From an uncultured Spirochaetota bacterium (GTDB lineage Bacteria; Spirochaetota; Brevinematia; Brevinematales; JAOACQ01), in assembly GCA_963835575.1 (NCBI GenBank), contig CAWIGG010000006.1, forward strand, positions 101,151 through 165,150: DNA of 64,000 nt, in the 5' to 3' direction. The notes below the pieces were generated by a model. That model did not search any database. It was given only the letters and a program-made list of their open reading frames with translations, and was not told the DNA's origin. Both the position numbers and the translations under genes were made by a program. Below, piece after piece: positions 63,780 through 64,000 of the stretch. Position 1 is the stretch's first letter. Each line of letters starts with the position of its first letter.

Positions 63780-64000
63780 TCACCTGTGCTTCGTCACCCC
63801 GATCTTCGGGCAGTATGTTTCAACAGGGCATTCGGAGCAAAGCGGCGATACCGGCCTGCAGATCGTCTGGCCGAAGGCGACAAGGATGTCGTTATACTCG
63901 ATCCACCATTCCAGGGGCAGTTTTTCACGCAGTCTGAATTCAGTTTCATCCGGCCATTTCGTTTTGACATAACCCCAGCGGTTTGATATCCGGTGTACAT
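63780..64000 (-). CDS. nth: endonuclease III, C-terminal part (5' end outside window)
   Basis: Minus-strand translation: ...[66 protein letters not shown]. It carries the [4Fe-4S] loop C-x6-C-x2-C-x5-C. The TGA stop is at 63780-63782. It is missing from the ORF track because no start codon lies inside the window. Confidence 0.85.
   Translation of the reverse strand, partial: VHRISNRWGYVKTKWPDETEFRLREKLPLEWWIEYNDILVAFGQTICRPVSPLCSECPVETYCPKIGVTKHR

Noticed and set aside
63557-63986. 126-aa and 66-aa plus-strand ORFs, and the 68-aa minus-strand ORF at 63794-64000
   Set aside because: The true gene here is nth, in another minus-strand frame (the Fe-S loop C-x6-C-x2-C-x5-C is found there). The plus-strand ORFs run through nested repeats.
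1-64000. CRISPR array
   Set aside because: The recurring words are arranged as inverted, not direct, repeats. They are not regularly spaced, and no cas genes are present.

Overview
This is a 64-kb chromosomal window from a diderm bacterium (LPS-heptose genes hldD/hldE plus a GT9 heptosyltransferase, and OMP-like barrels). The taxon cannot be determined by eye. The genetic code is standard, since TAA, TAG and TGA all terminate conserved genes. Recognisable housekeeping genes are carB, a double-length thyX next to a kinase-dCMP-deaminase fusion, galT, cutA, an aldo/keto reductase, a LysE exporter, an iron-sulfur flavoprotein, and a 5'-truncated nth at the right edge that is missing from the ORF track. 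The accessory content includes a GH16 laminarinase with two CBM-like modules, a family-I lipase (AHSQGG), an SGNH/TPR protein, two ankyrin-repeat proteins, three tandem SH3b proteins, a LemA-DUF2207 pair, a sugar-binding-domain/GGDEF protein and two M23-like lipoproteins. There are four transposase genes: two IS1182-like, one IS66-family element with a perfect 14-bp TIR and 8-bp TSD, and one IS1380-family. I recognised no rRNA, tRNA or CRISPR array. The main observations are as follows. (1) Almost every long intergenic spacer holds nested imperfect palindromes made of short GC-rich 'words'. Two of these palindromes bracket GxxExxY ORFs, and IS elements sit inside or beside others. (2) An AT-rich three-ORF island (mrr, a TM protein, a SAM methyltransferase) has ORFs separated by such palindromes with AAC/GTT boundaries, a layout like integron cassettes but with no integrase in view. 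(3) A 16-bp palindrome, TACTAC-N4-GTAGTA, is embedded in three near-consensus promoters. (4) A candidate ~0.3-kb structured RNA has its own promoter and an intrinsic terminator. (5) Four genes are broken by a single frameshift or nonsense codon.
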